A DNA stretch of 64,000 nucleotides from Tubiluchus corallicola. Its lineage: Eukaryota; Animalia; Priapulida. The first letter of the stretch is position 1; each line of letters opens with the position of its first letter. Where the stretch lies: the NCBI GenBank assembly GCA_030141605.1, contig JAQGDQ010000035.1, positions 682,001 to 746,000 on the forward strand, in the 5' to 3' direction. The notes under the pieces were generated by a model. It ran no database searches. It was not told where the DNA came from and saw only the letters and a list, made by a program, of their open reading frames with translations. Made by a program: the position numbers and the translations under genes. Below are positions 47,302 to 60,349 of this stretch, piece by piece.

Positions 47302-50300
47302 GTGCGTGTATTATTGTTTCATATAGCTTTAGATAAGATTGTATTTATACTTATAATCGTCCCGCGTAATGTTGTGGGTGTAAAGTACTGACAGCAAGCA
47401 GTCTGAGTACATGATTCTGTTACTTCCCACACATATTGTGCTATTTAGAGTAGCCAAAAATTGAAAAAAAATAGGAAGATTTTTATTTCTGTAACTTTGT
47501 TGAACTTATACGAATTATGTAAGTTGAACTTATACGAATTATGTAAATGTAATGCATTTTTTATTTTTTACAGTTTAATGATCCGGACCCATACATATGG
47601 GTGGTAAGTATAAGGATCTGAAATACTGAATACGTAAAAAAATCTGATTTAATTTGATTTAACGTTAAACCGCACTGTATTTTAAAATTGCTCAGGTTAT
47701 ACAGGCCGTCACATTGTTCATAGTAAGTGAGGTTATGTCCACCGTATGAAACTAAAAATAGCAATCTAGGAGTTTAGTGGTCAACCTTTGTAATCTGATG
47801 TAATTATAATTTCATAAATTCATAATTATTTTATTAGTGCCAAAACAGGTACAAAAGAAGAAACAAGAAGTATATGTTGACACTGCAAACATGGAATAAA
47901 CATTGTTGATAAAACAAATTTATATATTCTAAGATCATTCCTGTTAGTTATTTTACTCATTTATATTAAGAGTTTGGCAATTAGTACTTAAAATAAAATG
48001 TGTTACATTTGGTCTCATTTTCAGTGGTATGATCATTACATAGTATTTTTACATCATGTTTCAAAAAAGATTTTTCTACATGATCAATAAATGTCTTAAT
48101 TACTTCTAAATCACTATTTACCATGAAAAATATAAACTTATCACCACCGCTCGTTAATACAGAAATTCTGGTACAATTACGTTGATGCGTTTATAATAAT
48201 TTTTCTGTAAGATCTTTGTAATATGGACATCTTATAACAAAATGTAGTTCGTGTTCGATTTCATATCTTAAGCAGTATGAACATACACGATTTTCAGCCG
48301 GAATTTTCCTAGAATTTTCCTTAACGTATCTCTCTTTAGATCCCATATAAATTTTTGCAAGTTAATTTCATTGCAAACTTATACTAACTAATACTATCAG
48401 GCCTGATTGTGTTATATTAGCCTTCCAGGAAATGGCGACAAGTGTTTAGTCGGTTCACTTATATAGAACTCTTATATAGAATCATACTGTGCACGATTCA
48501 TTACTGTATTACTATTATAATTAACTGTTATTTTGCAGCCTCTATACAGTGTAGCCGGTTGTCTTACTCTTGCTATTGTTCTGTCGCCGAAAGCAGCTGG
48601 TAAGTCCTTGGTCAGCAAAATTATATCTGAGAATTTAATTGAGTTGCAGTCTTTTCAGCTGCGTTAGTGTCCCGTTTTCATACTTAAAGGGGAAGAAAGG
48701 AAAATTTTGAAGTATATCCCGAAAATTTTCCGTACAAAGTTATATTACTTAACATTACGCCTACTTGTTTGAAAAACTTGTCTGAAAGACTTCACGCCAA
48801 CTGGTAAAACTTCACTGCATCACTATCTCAGTGTGCAAAACTGGCTCGCCAAAAATATATTTACTGACAATATAAAGTATTAATACTTTTGTTTAGTTTG
48901 CGAAGCGTTCTGCGAGTGCTCCGATTATTTTTTCAAATCTTACGAAAAGTTATCTAAACTCGTGTTAAATTGTTGTTAAAATACCTGGGCTTAACATTTA
49001 AACTTACAAGTGTTATACAGCGTTACTGTTAAGGCAAGTTCTATTTGTAATGACAGGCTGTGAGTGGTGCGAAATTTCAAAACGAAATTTTAAGCTTTAC
49101 GTCCTTCAATATTATCGCGCTTTTTCCATGATATTACAGCTATGTACCATGCTTTTTTATATAAACATGTGGTCGTTATTTATTATATATTTAAAGCGAT
49201 ATAGCGATTTTATACATCTGCTCTAGTCAGCATAGCAGCAGAAGAAAACAACCCTCAACTGCAAATATACACTAATAAAGCGTCGTTGATAACTGGAAAG
49301 AAAATAGAAATTAAATTAGTATGTGGTTTCTGAAATACCCGTATAAGTAATTAAAATAAATCAAATAATTTATTTTATAATTCGCTAGGTTTGCGTGGAT
49401 ATAAATCCACACATATAATAATTTCACCAAATACATAAAATATGTGGGTATTTTATAAGGTATATGTTACGACCTCTTACAGAAACACTTCCCAGCTTTT
49501 GAAATACTCTGATAACTCATGTCAGGTAAAATTTCTTTTTCCTAGTTCATCCAACATGGAAAGGCATATGCGCAGTATGGATGATGCTCTGTTTAGCTGG
49601 ACTGTTATATCTTACGTATCGGACCATACTCCTGCTGGAAGGGAAAGTTACCAATCCTTTTCAGCATGAGGAGGGCAGGTAAACCCAAAATTCCGGTTCA
49701 TAGGTTCATAGGTTTCTCACAAAGTCAGTGTATGGCATGAAATAATTACTGATTAATACAGAAATTACTCAGAGAATTAATATTACACCAACGGTATGTA
49801 GGTCCTTAATATTGTAACGATGCGGGGTCCTCACTATCAGGGTGTCTGATTGGTGGCTTTCCTAGTCAGTTCATTCGCTCGTATTTTGGAGGCCAAGTAG
49901 TCCAGGTTCAATGTCATTATGATGAAAGCTTTATAAACACAGACAGAGATTTGTATAAATAATTCGCTATTGAAGTTGTCCTATGTACTTCATGCTGGTT
50001 GTGTCTTTGGAACAAGTCTGTGACGGTCCGTTTACCTGCTGAATCAACGAGGCCATTTTATGTCAGGGGTTTTATACCCGGTATGCAATGCTAGTGTGCA
50101 ATGTCTTCCTAATAGATCGAACCATCAACATATAGGGGTAGGGAGTGAAAATAAATGGCATTTCGCCGTTGTAACACTATTGTAAATTACTCTGCAGCAT
50201 AACAACATACATTACATTTTTTTAAGTTGTCACACCCAAAAGTAAACTGGATCTTTGAAGAAGTAAGAAATGACACTTCCAAAAATGAAAGCAGTCTTAG

Positions 50301-52241
50301 CGCATCTCGTATTGCAGTCACGCTAGCTGCTAAAGCGTGGGAAACGATCTTGCTATCTGCAGATCCAGAGCATAGTTAAAGCAGAAACAGAAATGCTGCA
50401 AAATAAAACAAAAAAGTTGGCACAGCAAAAAGCAAAATTGAAACCACAAACAGAAAATTGACTGTAACTGACATGTGGCGACGTTTTATTGGTTGATTGT
50501 AGACTACAGTGAAGAAGCCAGGTTATGGTTGAATGCATACTGCAGTAAGGAAGCCAAGTGATGGTTGAATGAAGACTACAGTAAAGAGGCCAGGCGATAG
50601 TTGAATGGAGACTGCAGTAAGGAAACCAGGAGATGGTTGAATGTAGACTGCAGTAAGGAAACTAGGAGATGGTTGAATGCAGACTGCAGTACGGAAGCCA
50701 GAAGATGGTTGAATGCAGACTGCAGTAAGGAAACTAGGAGATGGTTGAATGAAGACTACAGTAAGGAAGCCACGTGATGATTGAATGTAAGCTAAAGCAT
50801 GGAAGCCAGGTGATGGCTGAATGTAGACTTCAGTAAGGATGCCAGGTGATGGTGGAATGGAGACTACAGTAAAGAGGCCAGTCGATAGTTGAATGGAGAC
50901 TACAGTAAAGAGGCCAGGTGATGATTGAATGTAGACTACAGTATGGAAGCCAAGTTATGGCTGAATGTAGACTACAGCAGGGAAGACAGGTGATGGTTGA
51001 ATGTAGACTACAGCAGGGAAGACAGGTGATGGTTGAATGAAGACTACAGTAAGGAAGCCAGGCGATGTAGAGAAAAATGGCGAGTTTGGAGGTTCTGAGT
51101 AGTATCATAGATTGACAATGGCGTGAATGCAGGAGATCCGTCGTTGATTACATTACATTTCGTCTAATTGAATCAAATTTGTTGCTGATATTGTTATGTA
51201 ATTTGAGTTTAAGCTGATGATTTTATAAAAAATCGAATTTGTTTATGATTAAATATCGTGGAAAATCTTTAATTATTTTGAATTTATGAAAAGTAATTAT
51301 GACTAAACTGAATGCAGTGGATTTACCACTGATGTATTTAAACTGTTATTTTGGCATGAAGAAATAGGCTTGTTATTTCCTATTATAGGTTACAGATTAC
51401 AGCCTATTGAAAGTATTATAAATTAACGATTTTTAGGGAGATGGGAGGTCTTCTGATTGTTACGGCTTGGCTTTTCATTTGTCTCTGTTTGAGAATCAAG
51501 TTTACGGAGTAAGTATAATAATTATTATATACTTATTATTCACATACTTATTATACTTAGTATACATTATATGACTAAAATCATTTACTACCTACTGAAT
51601 AATATACTTTTTATTATATAACAGCATTGTACGATGTGAAAACACAATAGAGTTTCAATCAATCAAGGTGCAATAAGCTTTTTACATAAGCACATGTACG
51701 CATTCATCATAGTTGTTTTAGCTGTTAGCTGTTTCAGATTGATTCTGAAAACTTAGGTCAACATCAAGCTCAGATGCATTTGGCAGTTTTGGTAAACTGC
51801 AGTTTTGCTTTTGGGTGCCAAACTATTAGTTCTCGAGACTCATGAGCATTTAAACTGCAGTTTTGCTTCTGGGCGCCAAACTATTAGTTCTCGAGACTCA
51901 TGCGCATTTAAACTGCAGTTTTGCTTTTCGGCGCCAATTGCTTGCCAAACTATTATTTCTCGAGACTCATGTGCATTAGAAAATCATACACGTTAGGTCT
52001 ACATGTAATTATAATGTGATAGACATAAAATTTGAACAATAACTAATGTTTCAGTAACAACCTTCTTTGTTGCAGGTCAAAAGAAGGTGATCAGTCACGG
52101 AGACAACTCTGTATTTTAATCGTTGCTACGGTTGCAGTCGGTCTTATACCGCTCCTCTTTTGGGGATTATGCTTAATCCCAGGAGTAGGTGACGATATGC
52201 ACCACTGTGGGGGCAGCACCTGCACAAAAACTGAACTATGA
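47161..52241 (+). CDS. TMEM220: Transmembrane protein 220 homologue, 6 coding exons, 200 aa
   Basis: Exons 47161-47301, 47574-47603, 48539-48599, 49546-49678, 51437-51508, 52076-52241 (603 nt, GT-AG, phases 0,0,1,2,2). Motifs WRGSNLVMTVFFLLAASVQ-FNDPDPYIWV-PLY and HEEGREMGGLLIVTAW match the TMEM220 family signatures QxNDPD and EEGRExxGL. Confidence 0.9.
47574..47603 (+). CDS. TMEM220: TMEM220 exon 2 (30-nt, FNDPDPYIWV)
   Basis: tttttacag acceptor and GTAAGT donor. Confidence 0.9.
48539..48599 (+). CDS. TMEM220: TMEM220 exon 3
   Basis: ttttgcag acceptor and GTAAGT donor; PLYSVAGCLTLAIVLSPKAA. Confidence 0.88.
48684..49110 (+). mobile_element. Dispersed repeat, copy B (Kolobok-like, TTAA|AGGGGAAG left end)
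   Basis: Colinear with 27580-28080. Confidence 0.7.
49546..49678 (+). CDS. TMEM220: TMEM220 exon 4
   Basis: tttttcctag acceptor; HPTWKGICAVWMMLCLAG...NPFQHEEGR; GTAAAC donor. Confidence 0.9.
49813..50176 (-). mobile_element. Candidate solo LTR in TMEM220 intron 4
   Basis: Termini TGTAAC...GTAACA (TG..CA), flanks ATAT/CTAT (3/4 match to a 4-bp TSD), TATAAAA on the minus strand near 50070. Confidence 0.4.
50489..51066. repeat. 36-bp minisatellite, ~16 copies
   Basis: Consensus TGGTTGAATGTAGACTACAGTAAGGAAGCCAGGTGA; head-to-tail with no spacers. Confidence 0.95.
51437..51508 (+). CDS. TMEM220: TMEM220 exon 5
   Basis: tttttag acceptor and GTAAGT donor; EMGGLLIVTAWLFICLCL. Confidence 0.9.
51794..51978. 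repeat. ~56-bp tandem repeat, 3 copies
   Basis: Unit AAACTGCAGTTTTGCTT.TGGG.GCCAAACTATTAGTTCTCGAGACTCATG.GCATTT. Confidence 0.9.
52076..52241 (+). CDS. TMEM220: TMEM220 last exon
   Basis: ttgttgcag acceptor; ...LIVATVAVGLIPLLFWGLCL...HHCGGSTCTKTEL*. Confidence 0.85.
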
Positions 52242-52458
52242 TTATATTGGTTTAACATGTTCTTGTGTTACGAAGTAAATGATAATTTTTACTCCGTGCT
52301 CGTAAAATGCAAAACACGAAGGCAAAAAGACTACATAGTAGATCTATGAGTATTTGCCACTGAGAACCTTGTTTTTATGTTGTCTGTATGAGATTAGGGC
52401 CCTACTGGGATGGCTGTTAAACAGTATAGTATGAACAATGTTGGATAATATTATAGTA

Positions 52459-52566
<108 letters not shown>

Positions 52567-54329
52567 TTATTTTACATTTATAGTGCCAAAACATTCAAAT
52601 ATGATCCATAGGCTATAGTCTTTTGCACTTTGCAAGTTCACAGCAGCTGCTTATGTTGTACTGCCGTCCATTCGACATGGGTGTGTGTTTTGACACAGTG
52701 GACTGACAGAGGATGAAAGATTGCACTGCGGCCTAATATTAAGCAAATAAATGTTTAATCCAAAGCCACCATTAAAACCATGTCAACAGAATTGATTTAG
52801 CTTACCATTAAGTTCAAGAAAATGCCGGCCACGGAGTTAAGACACATAGTCCGACCTTTTGACATCAAATCCTTTGTCAAAATTTTTACAGTAACTCACG
52901 TATCCTTCTGTATAATTGTAATATTTAATATAACTTAAATACTATGTCTTCTTCTTCTTTTTATTGTTTTGTGTGACAATTATACCCCATGTGTGGGGTT
53001 CTGTCTGTGTCGTGGATCCACTTGTAACGTATTTATAATGTATAATGTATTGTAATGTATTAGCTATGTATTTGCTATGTATTGTAATGTGCTGGATCCT
53101 CAAATTATTTATTTGTGTAGCCTATTGGAGCTGGGCTGACGGCACGGGACGGAGACACAAACAATTTCATTACAGAAAACACCCTGAACTTACCTACGAT
53201 GTTGCCAACCTTAAAAAATTAGCCAACTAGGCCAGCAATTTGTGTGGTATTTCTTTATGCTTTTTAATTAATTTAACATTTGCGTGTTTATATCACCAGT
53301 CGAGTTTGTCAAGTAAATGTAATTGCAAATTTCCAAGCAACCTATCAAACGTTATTGCTTTGTATTCTTTAAAATGAAAAAAGCAACACTATTAAAATTC
53401 AAAATGATATATTTTGTGTATAGATGTCGCTTCAAGTATATATTCTTTGAGTGCCTTTATAGGCACTGCGATAGAAAATCCCTAATCGGTAATGGCATTG
53501 AAGCCCAACCAGTTGCTAGGGACGTAGTTTTTGTTCCTGACATGCCCGCGTAGGACCGAGTTTTCGACTTTTAGGAATCGCTAAAATTAATTTAACAAAA
53601 TACGATAATAAACGGTGCGCAAGGTGATGGGTTATTAATACGGTGAGTTTAATACTGATGATTTCAAATACTTAACTTAAGCTTTCAATTTCTTATTCCA
53701 TGCTACTTCAGTTTTTTTAAAATTAAAGTGCTAGCAAGGAAGTTTCAGTGTTTGCTGTGAAACATGTAAAATTTAATCTGAATACGTTGAAATATTGAGA
53801 TTATTAGTTTAGTTAATAAGTTTATTCAAACTTATAGTACAAATTACACATATAGTCTACACTATAAAGGGACCTATATTGATGGGACCAGTACTATTTT
53901 TCAAGAATGACTTACGTGAAAGGATTATTACTACAGAAACTTTGCGTTCGCGTGGCTAGTATTTGCTGTTACATGCATTTCTGCACTTGCTAGTTAGATG
54001 GTCATTATAGCCTCTGTATCTCGGAAACGCGTTACTCAAAAAGCAGGTGCTGTACCTCTCAATTCAGAGGTATTCAGTTGCGACGTAGTGCGTGCATGAG
54101 CTCATGCCTACTGTACAATTTTCGCTTTGGCAAACGCTTATGGAATGTTTGTGCTGTTGAAAATGATAAAAGTTGAGACTGACAGCAGTGTTAGCTCTTA
54201 GGCCAGCCTATATTGCGAATGCAATTTACATTGGATAAAATTCGCATTATTTACATTGAAAGTACAATAAAACTAAAAATCGATAAATAATATATACAAG
54301 CATAAATTAATCAAAATTGTGAGAGATCA

Positions 54330-54976
54330 CTGAGCTATGGCAAAAATGTTTTATAAAAATTCATTAAATTTGCAATATTTTAACAAACAAGTTTCGGCTA
54401 GGTTCCTACTAAAAACTGATGGACTGGATGAGTTGACAATGTCATAATTGAGGTCATTCCATATACTACAAATTCTATTTGAAAAACATATTTATAGAAG
54501 TTCAACCTAGAAGAATTGATAAAAAGTTTATAGTTATATCCCCACACATGTGTGGTGTCGGCAAAAGTGAAGAAATCTTCAAAGTTTCATACCTACCAGT
54601 TGATGAAGAATTTTATACACCGTTTTTAAATCCGAATAATGTAAACCAGTTTTAACTAGTTTACTCATATATGGATTGTAAACTGGCACCGATCAAAAAG
54701 CCTTTCCGTAAAATAACGCTGAACCCGTTCAGTGCAGTCAATGTTTTGGACTTGGTACGCGGTATGCAGTACTCTAGAAGCCTCACAAAAGACTTGGAAG
54801 CGGTAATTAAGTCATCTACATTATTTGTTAAGAAACATAGGAAAATCATGTTAGTTACACCAAAAGTTTTTGCTTCTTGTTGTTTACAATATGCAGAAAA
54901 TTTCGTATTCGTGCAAATAGCATTAACCTCAGTCATCACGTGTACTGCAGGGTTGGGTTTGCACGGCGTTCATTAA
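54330..54976 (+). pseudogene. Possible eroded NACHT/STAND NTPase fragment
   Basis: FLLKTDGLDEL (54403-54435), then LEELIKSL*LYPHTCVVS, ITLNPFSAVNVLDLV and LVTPKVFASCC in NACHT-like order, broken by stops and frameshifts. No intact Walker A. Confidence 0.3.
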
Positions 54977-55273
54977 GTTTGTAATCTACTTAATATAAGC
55001 ATGCATAATTTTTATCGTATTTCAAAATGGGATAGAATATGAAAAATCACCCTGTTCAAGGAATGGAAACACATCCTTAAGTACAGTTTAAATTAATTAT
55101 CTTGTAGCATAGTTTGAACTCGTTTACCATTTAACACATCCTAAAGCTTTGTTTTGCCAGGAGAAGCAGTTAAATCGTTATTTTTTTCTGTAAAGCCATT
55201 GTCAAGTTCGGAAGACCAGACATTGCTTAATCCAAAAGACAGGATGGCCATAAAAATTGGAAGATTATAAAAA

Positions 55274-55275
<2 letters not shown>

Positions 55276-55363
<88 letters not shown>

Positions 55364-55370
55364 GCGTGTG
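55276..55370. repeat. (GT)n microsatellite
   Basis: Direct reading. Confidence 0.97.
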
Positions 55371-56635
55371 TACTACGTTACATGTTTTGTTGTCATTGCC
55401 CATTTACAGCGTGTATTAGAACGAAATATAGCACTGATCATAATTTTGTATTTTCATTTTTAACGCAGTTGTTTGAAGCTGATATTAATGCACTGTGCCT
55501 GCTCATTAGAGATTGTTTTCCTGTAATTAATGGAAAACGGTAACGAATAGCAGCGTGTACGCGACGTGGACAATTATATATTATTAGTGTGTAGACATTG
55601 TCATCCGCATTTTTTATTGTTTTTTCTGTTTGATTTTATTTTGTAATTCTAATAATTGTTAATAAATTTAAATAAAAAATATAAACAAGCAACAAGTAAT
55701 TATAAATATGGAGAAGTACCCTAGCTGTTTCACCCTATTTTTTAGTTTGATGAGCTTTTGTCTACTATTTTTAGTTTAGTTACTCCGCAAATCAAATGGA
55801 ACTGCTGCGCAATTCTGCTTTTCTGTGTGTGCGTTGAGTTTTTGGAATACAAAATTTGGAATGACACATTCCCGAAATTTTCAAAAGCACTTCAGTAAGA
55901 AGAAAATTAAGAGAGTTCAAAATTCATAGATTTTTTTACGCACCAACACAGGTACCGCTGTTCAGCGATAGTAATTAAATGCTCACGCTGTACCAAAATA
56001 TCAAAATTATGCTCCAAATGGTAAGGTGCCATAAGAAATAAGGATTGCTTTTACCTGTCAGATTGCGTAGCGTTTGAAATCAATAGATGGTATTAATCAG
56101 GGATGTAGATTTACAGGCTCTAATTAACCTCATCATGTTAATACTGACATGTGAATTTCCCAATTTGATGACAGAGATTTACAGTTTGATGCAGGAAATA
56201 TTTCGAGATTAACATGCGCACTAATTATCTCGCCTTTTATCTGATGCGACTGTATGAGTTTCATACTCTGAAAGTGTCAAATCATTTGGAGTATTCTGAA
56301 GCAGAAAATGTTCAATAAAAGTAAAGTTTGATCGAAAGATGTTTGACTTTGTTATTGAAAAAGATACTGGCATTCTTTTGCAAAGGCGGTTTTCGCTTGC
56401 GAGATTTAGTTTGGACATTTTTAACTTGATTTTCTTACCACAAATGAATAAGAGATTGCATTAAAACCAGTCACCTACTTTATAGGTACAACAGGCGTAG
56501 GAGATATTATTATTCAGACTAAAAAATCATTTTGTATGCGTATGTCATTGTAAGAAGACTAAACACAATTTGGTTGAAACATGTTGTTAGATCTTTGAGC
56601 AAAAATAGTGTTCCTAACAAATCTTGATGAATTAA

Positions 56636-57034
56636 AGGAAAGTGAAAGCACTCTGTAAAGTAAGGTTGAAATTAATTCCCATGCGGCGTAGTTTAAACTC
56701 GCTTATCTGTTAACATGGTCTAAAGCATGGGTTTCGATACTCAAGGGATTACTCAAGGGTTACTCAAGAGATTAGAATTTTTACTTTGTAGTTTGTAAAT
56801 CCACATTTTACAAGGTATTGCTGGCGACTCACGCCGATGACGTCACTATCAGCGGCGCGCATTTCAAAATCAAGAAGGCGGAACGCAGACTGTTTCGTGG
56901 TAAAAAGTTCGGTAGCTTCTTACAACCTAACGAGGCCTTAGAGTCAGCGACAAAGTATGCTCCTTCCATTTTCACAGTAAGAAATTTAAATTAGATCTTA
57001 GTTTATAATGTGCTTCGACTGCTTCCATTCCCCT
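56636..57034. mobile_element. Kolobok-like MITE
   Basis: TTAA|AGGAAAGTGAAAGCACTC ... reverse complement AGGGGAATGGAAGCAGTC|TTAA (13/18 match); TTAA TSD at 56632-56635 and 57035-57038. Confidence 0.6.
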
Positions 57035-57626
57035 TTAAGATACTCACAGTCACTGATCACAAATCAAAAAATAGCCGGCTAAATGTCAGAATATTAATGG
57101 GAAGTGGTGCCGGCCAATTACTGGTATACGTCACAAATAACATCATTAAATACATTTTTTAGAATTTTTTGGAAAATTGGAAAAATGTGTGAAGGAGCCT
57201 AAAGATCCCTAGGCGCACAGGTTTCATGGCCAGTCCAGTACTATTGTTATAGTTGTGCCTATTGTTTGCAGAACTAACTGCCGTGTTTAACTGTCTTGAG
57301 GGAAGATTTTTCCATGAAAGCACACACATTAATAACGGTATAACAGGATCAAAATAACGAATGATAATTGCTGGTCGAAGCACATAATAATCGATGTTGC
57401 AAAGATTTCAAAGATTCTCATACGAGAGGGTCCCGAAAAGATAATGCATGATGATTAGTAGTTATAATGATAAGGTCGATAAGTAGAACCGCATTAACTT
57501 GTTACTGGTTTCACAGATCGATGACTTCTTGCCATTTCTTACTCTACATAGCTTCACAATTTCCCATCTTTGATACAGTCTGCATACCTGTTTGGTATTG
57601 GTATAAGTGGGAACTAGTAAATAGAA

Positions 57627-57627
<1 letters not shown>

Positions 57628-57713
<86 letters not shown>

Positions 57714-57785
57714 TGTAATAACAACAACAACAACAACAACAATAATAATAATAATAGTAGTAGTACTAGTAGTAGTAATAATAAT
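57628..57785. repeat. Compound (TAA)n/(CAA)n/(TAG)n microsatellite
   Basis: Direct reading. Confidence 0.95.
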
Positions 57786-59975
57786 TAAACTATCAACATA
57801 CTTAAAGACAAAACTTTAAAGTAGATGTGTATTGCCTTGTGAAGATTCAGCCGTTGTGAGAAAGTGTACAGCAAAGAAAAATTAACGAAATTAGGTTTCT
57901 GATATAGTAATTATTTTAACGCGAGTCATCCATTAAAAACACCAATGCCTTTTTCCTATTTTAAACCGGTAGAATCGTTCTGAGATGTCTGAAAGTGAGT
58001 TAGTCTACCTTTGACTGTATGCCTCACAGTTTTGGATAATCATGGTAGATTGGTAATTGTGTTATAATGAAGTTTATTATTCAATATATTAACCATGAAG
58101 AAGGCCGGAGGCCCTTGAACGTCTATTTTCGGAGTTAAAATGCATCACGTGTCTATAAGTATATGTTAAAAGTGCTTATTATACATATCGTGTCTTGCAC
58201 AATTTAATGATATTTGAAAGACTAAATGAAAAAGTGCGCTATCTTGTGTAAATGAAAAAATATAGAGCTGTAACTGTTTTAAAACTCGATCTTGCAATGG
58301 CACTGCAGCCACATCTTAACCAACTTTATAGTTTGTCAGTCTGGACGGGTATGACTTGGGGGTGAGTCTCATGTAACACTCCATTGCTCGTCGAAAGTTT
58401 GTTGCTTCACAAATCTATTGTATAATAAATTTTGTGGAAAATTCTCGCAGGATCTTTTATTATTGGTTGATTAAGATCGACACTGTTCGCAGAGCTCGTT
58501 TTACTGCTGCGTTTTTTACATTTTTACTTTCGACATTTTAAAATGCAGAAGTCGCTTATACGTTTAGTTTCTTTCCATGTGGCTTCTTATATGTGTGGAA
58601 TTCGTTCCTAGAAAGTTGTTTCTGATAACTAAAACCCCACCCATTTCAAAAAAGTCAACGGATACCGCTTATCACTAAGATTTAAGTTTGCAGAAGTCTA
58701 GTTTTTGAACCAGTATCATACCTGTACTGTGTCACCTTACTCCGAGTGGTCGTCGGCATTGCTTGGGGGCGACTTGTACTAAAAACGAAGCTGCGCAGAA
58801 ATTAACGCACGGACAGGGAAAGAAAATTGTCGTTTTCACGTAAGCATAAATACTTCCACGTTTGCAGAGTTTTTTGGTGACGAGGTTTCAATAATATAAT
58901 AGCGATCGGTAAGTGTTAAATAAAACAAAACTTTTCACCTTTTAGTGACATTGCAGTAAGGAAAAACTATGGCAGTGTGCCACTGGTTTTATTTATTCTA
59001 AGCAGTTTTCTAAGCAGAAGTTTGAAGAACATCGCTATATCATAGTGGACGTTGAACTTTCAAGGCCGTAAGCTTTAACAATAAATAAGAAGTACATGTA
59101 CTACTATCACTGGTAATTAAATTCATTGAGCTAAATCAATGTTATCATTAAAATACGTTTTTGCCTGCAGCCCCGAATTTTAACACATTTTTGATTCTGT
59201 TTCGATAAACCAACTGTCTGTGATTGTATAATTCTTGCTGCAAACTCATTTACAAATTTCTAACCAGACAAATTATAATTAAGTATTTCCGTTCGCTCAT
59301 ACAAAACATTATGACAGTATAAATGACCTCTACGCAAAGAATACGAAATTTTATAAAAAAAATAGCAAGAAGTTAAAGATTTATAACGAACTAGAATTAT
59401 TCAATAAATTAACATAAGTTAGTAGCACTTTTGGATAATAATAAAGCCGGATAATAAAAATAAATTTGCTATTAAGCCTGATAATAAAAATAAAGTTGCC
59501 ATTAGAAGCATTAGTTTGTCTTCATAATATGTAATCATTCATATTAAGTTAACAGAATCTTACACAATTACGCCCAATAAATAAACAAGTTTAGGTGGAG
59601 CTTTTGCACCAGTAATTAAAATAAACTGTAATTCTGTTTAATGATTGAATAAAATCACGAGTTACGTGCTCCCACGCCAGTCAAATTAGAATTCCATAGC
59701 TCTTGAAAAATTCATTACTAGCTTTGTCTATACTGATGTCTTTACACAGTTGCAAGCTTTACTTAATTAAAAAGAAACCAGACCAACTGAAAAAACTGAG
59801 CTGTATCCAAAGCATCTTTTACCATCTCTGGGAAACTCAGCTCTAAACTTGGGAAGACACAAGCTTGAAACAATAAGGTTGCGTGGAAACGAACACTTTG
59901 CTATGGAAACGTACACGAAGCCATGCATAACGGACGCTCATTCATCACACTTAAAAGAATCCATCTGGGAGAGTG

Positions 59976-60329
59976 TCACTTTCGTTCGTCAACTAAGAGA
60001 AATTGTCTGACATTATCGCTCCATGAACGTGTTCGTCGTTTTCCAAGTTTCGCTGAATAGCATTGTACTGGTGCAAATGCTTCAGTGTCGCGCCGCGTAA
60101 ATAGAGGATCTTCCGTATCAAAATTTCTATCATCCGAGTCAAGTTGAATCTCATCTGCAATCATTTCCGGATTTACGGCGCGAGTATTGCGTGTGTACCG
60201 ATCTCTACATATGTATATTCTTCTGTTGTACAACTCCGGTTTAGGCCTGTAAAAATGCCTTGACGTGTAAGCTAGGCAAATGTAAGCGAACAAAGCAAAG
60301 GCTGACAGAATATGGCAAGAGCTAACCAT
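59976..60329 (-). CDS. Putative secreted peptide or prohormone precursor, 117 aa
   Basis: AAGATGG start; hydrophobic N-terminus MVSSCHILSAFALFAYICLA; RR, RNTR, RR and GKRR sites; acidic spacer; upstream ATTTGCATAAAAG and a TCAGTT Inr-like motif ~30 nt apart. Confidence 0.55.
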   Translation of the reverse strand: MVSSCHILSAFALFAYICLAYTSRHFYRPKPELYNRRIYICRDRYTRNTRAVNPEMIADEIQLDSDDRNFDTEDPLFTRRDTEAFAPVQCYSAKLGKRRTRSWSDNVRQFLLVDERK

Positions 60330-60349
60330 CTTCAACGCGTTTACAAAAC

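Noticed and set aside
50489-51066. CRISPR-like array of 36-bp repeats
   Set aside because: Units are contiguous with no unique spacers, there are no cas genes, and the context is a eukaryotic intron.
52700-53200. Possible 3' end of a LINE downstream of TMEM220
   Set aside because: Only vague resemblance; no RT motifs to support it.
54498-54656. GVGKS P-loop-like string
   Set aside because: Lacks the first Gly of GxxxxGKS, lies downstream of the DGLDE motif, and the frame is short.
55257-55543. (CV)n ORFs
   Set aside because: Translation of the (GT)n microsatellite.
56000-56470. LRR-like strings on the minus strand (MSKLNLASENRL, ISVIKLGNSHVS)
   Set aside because: Opposite strand to the putative NACHT remnant, interrupted by stops, and such L/N patterns arise easily in AT-rich DNA.
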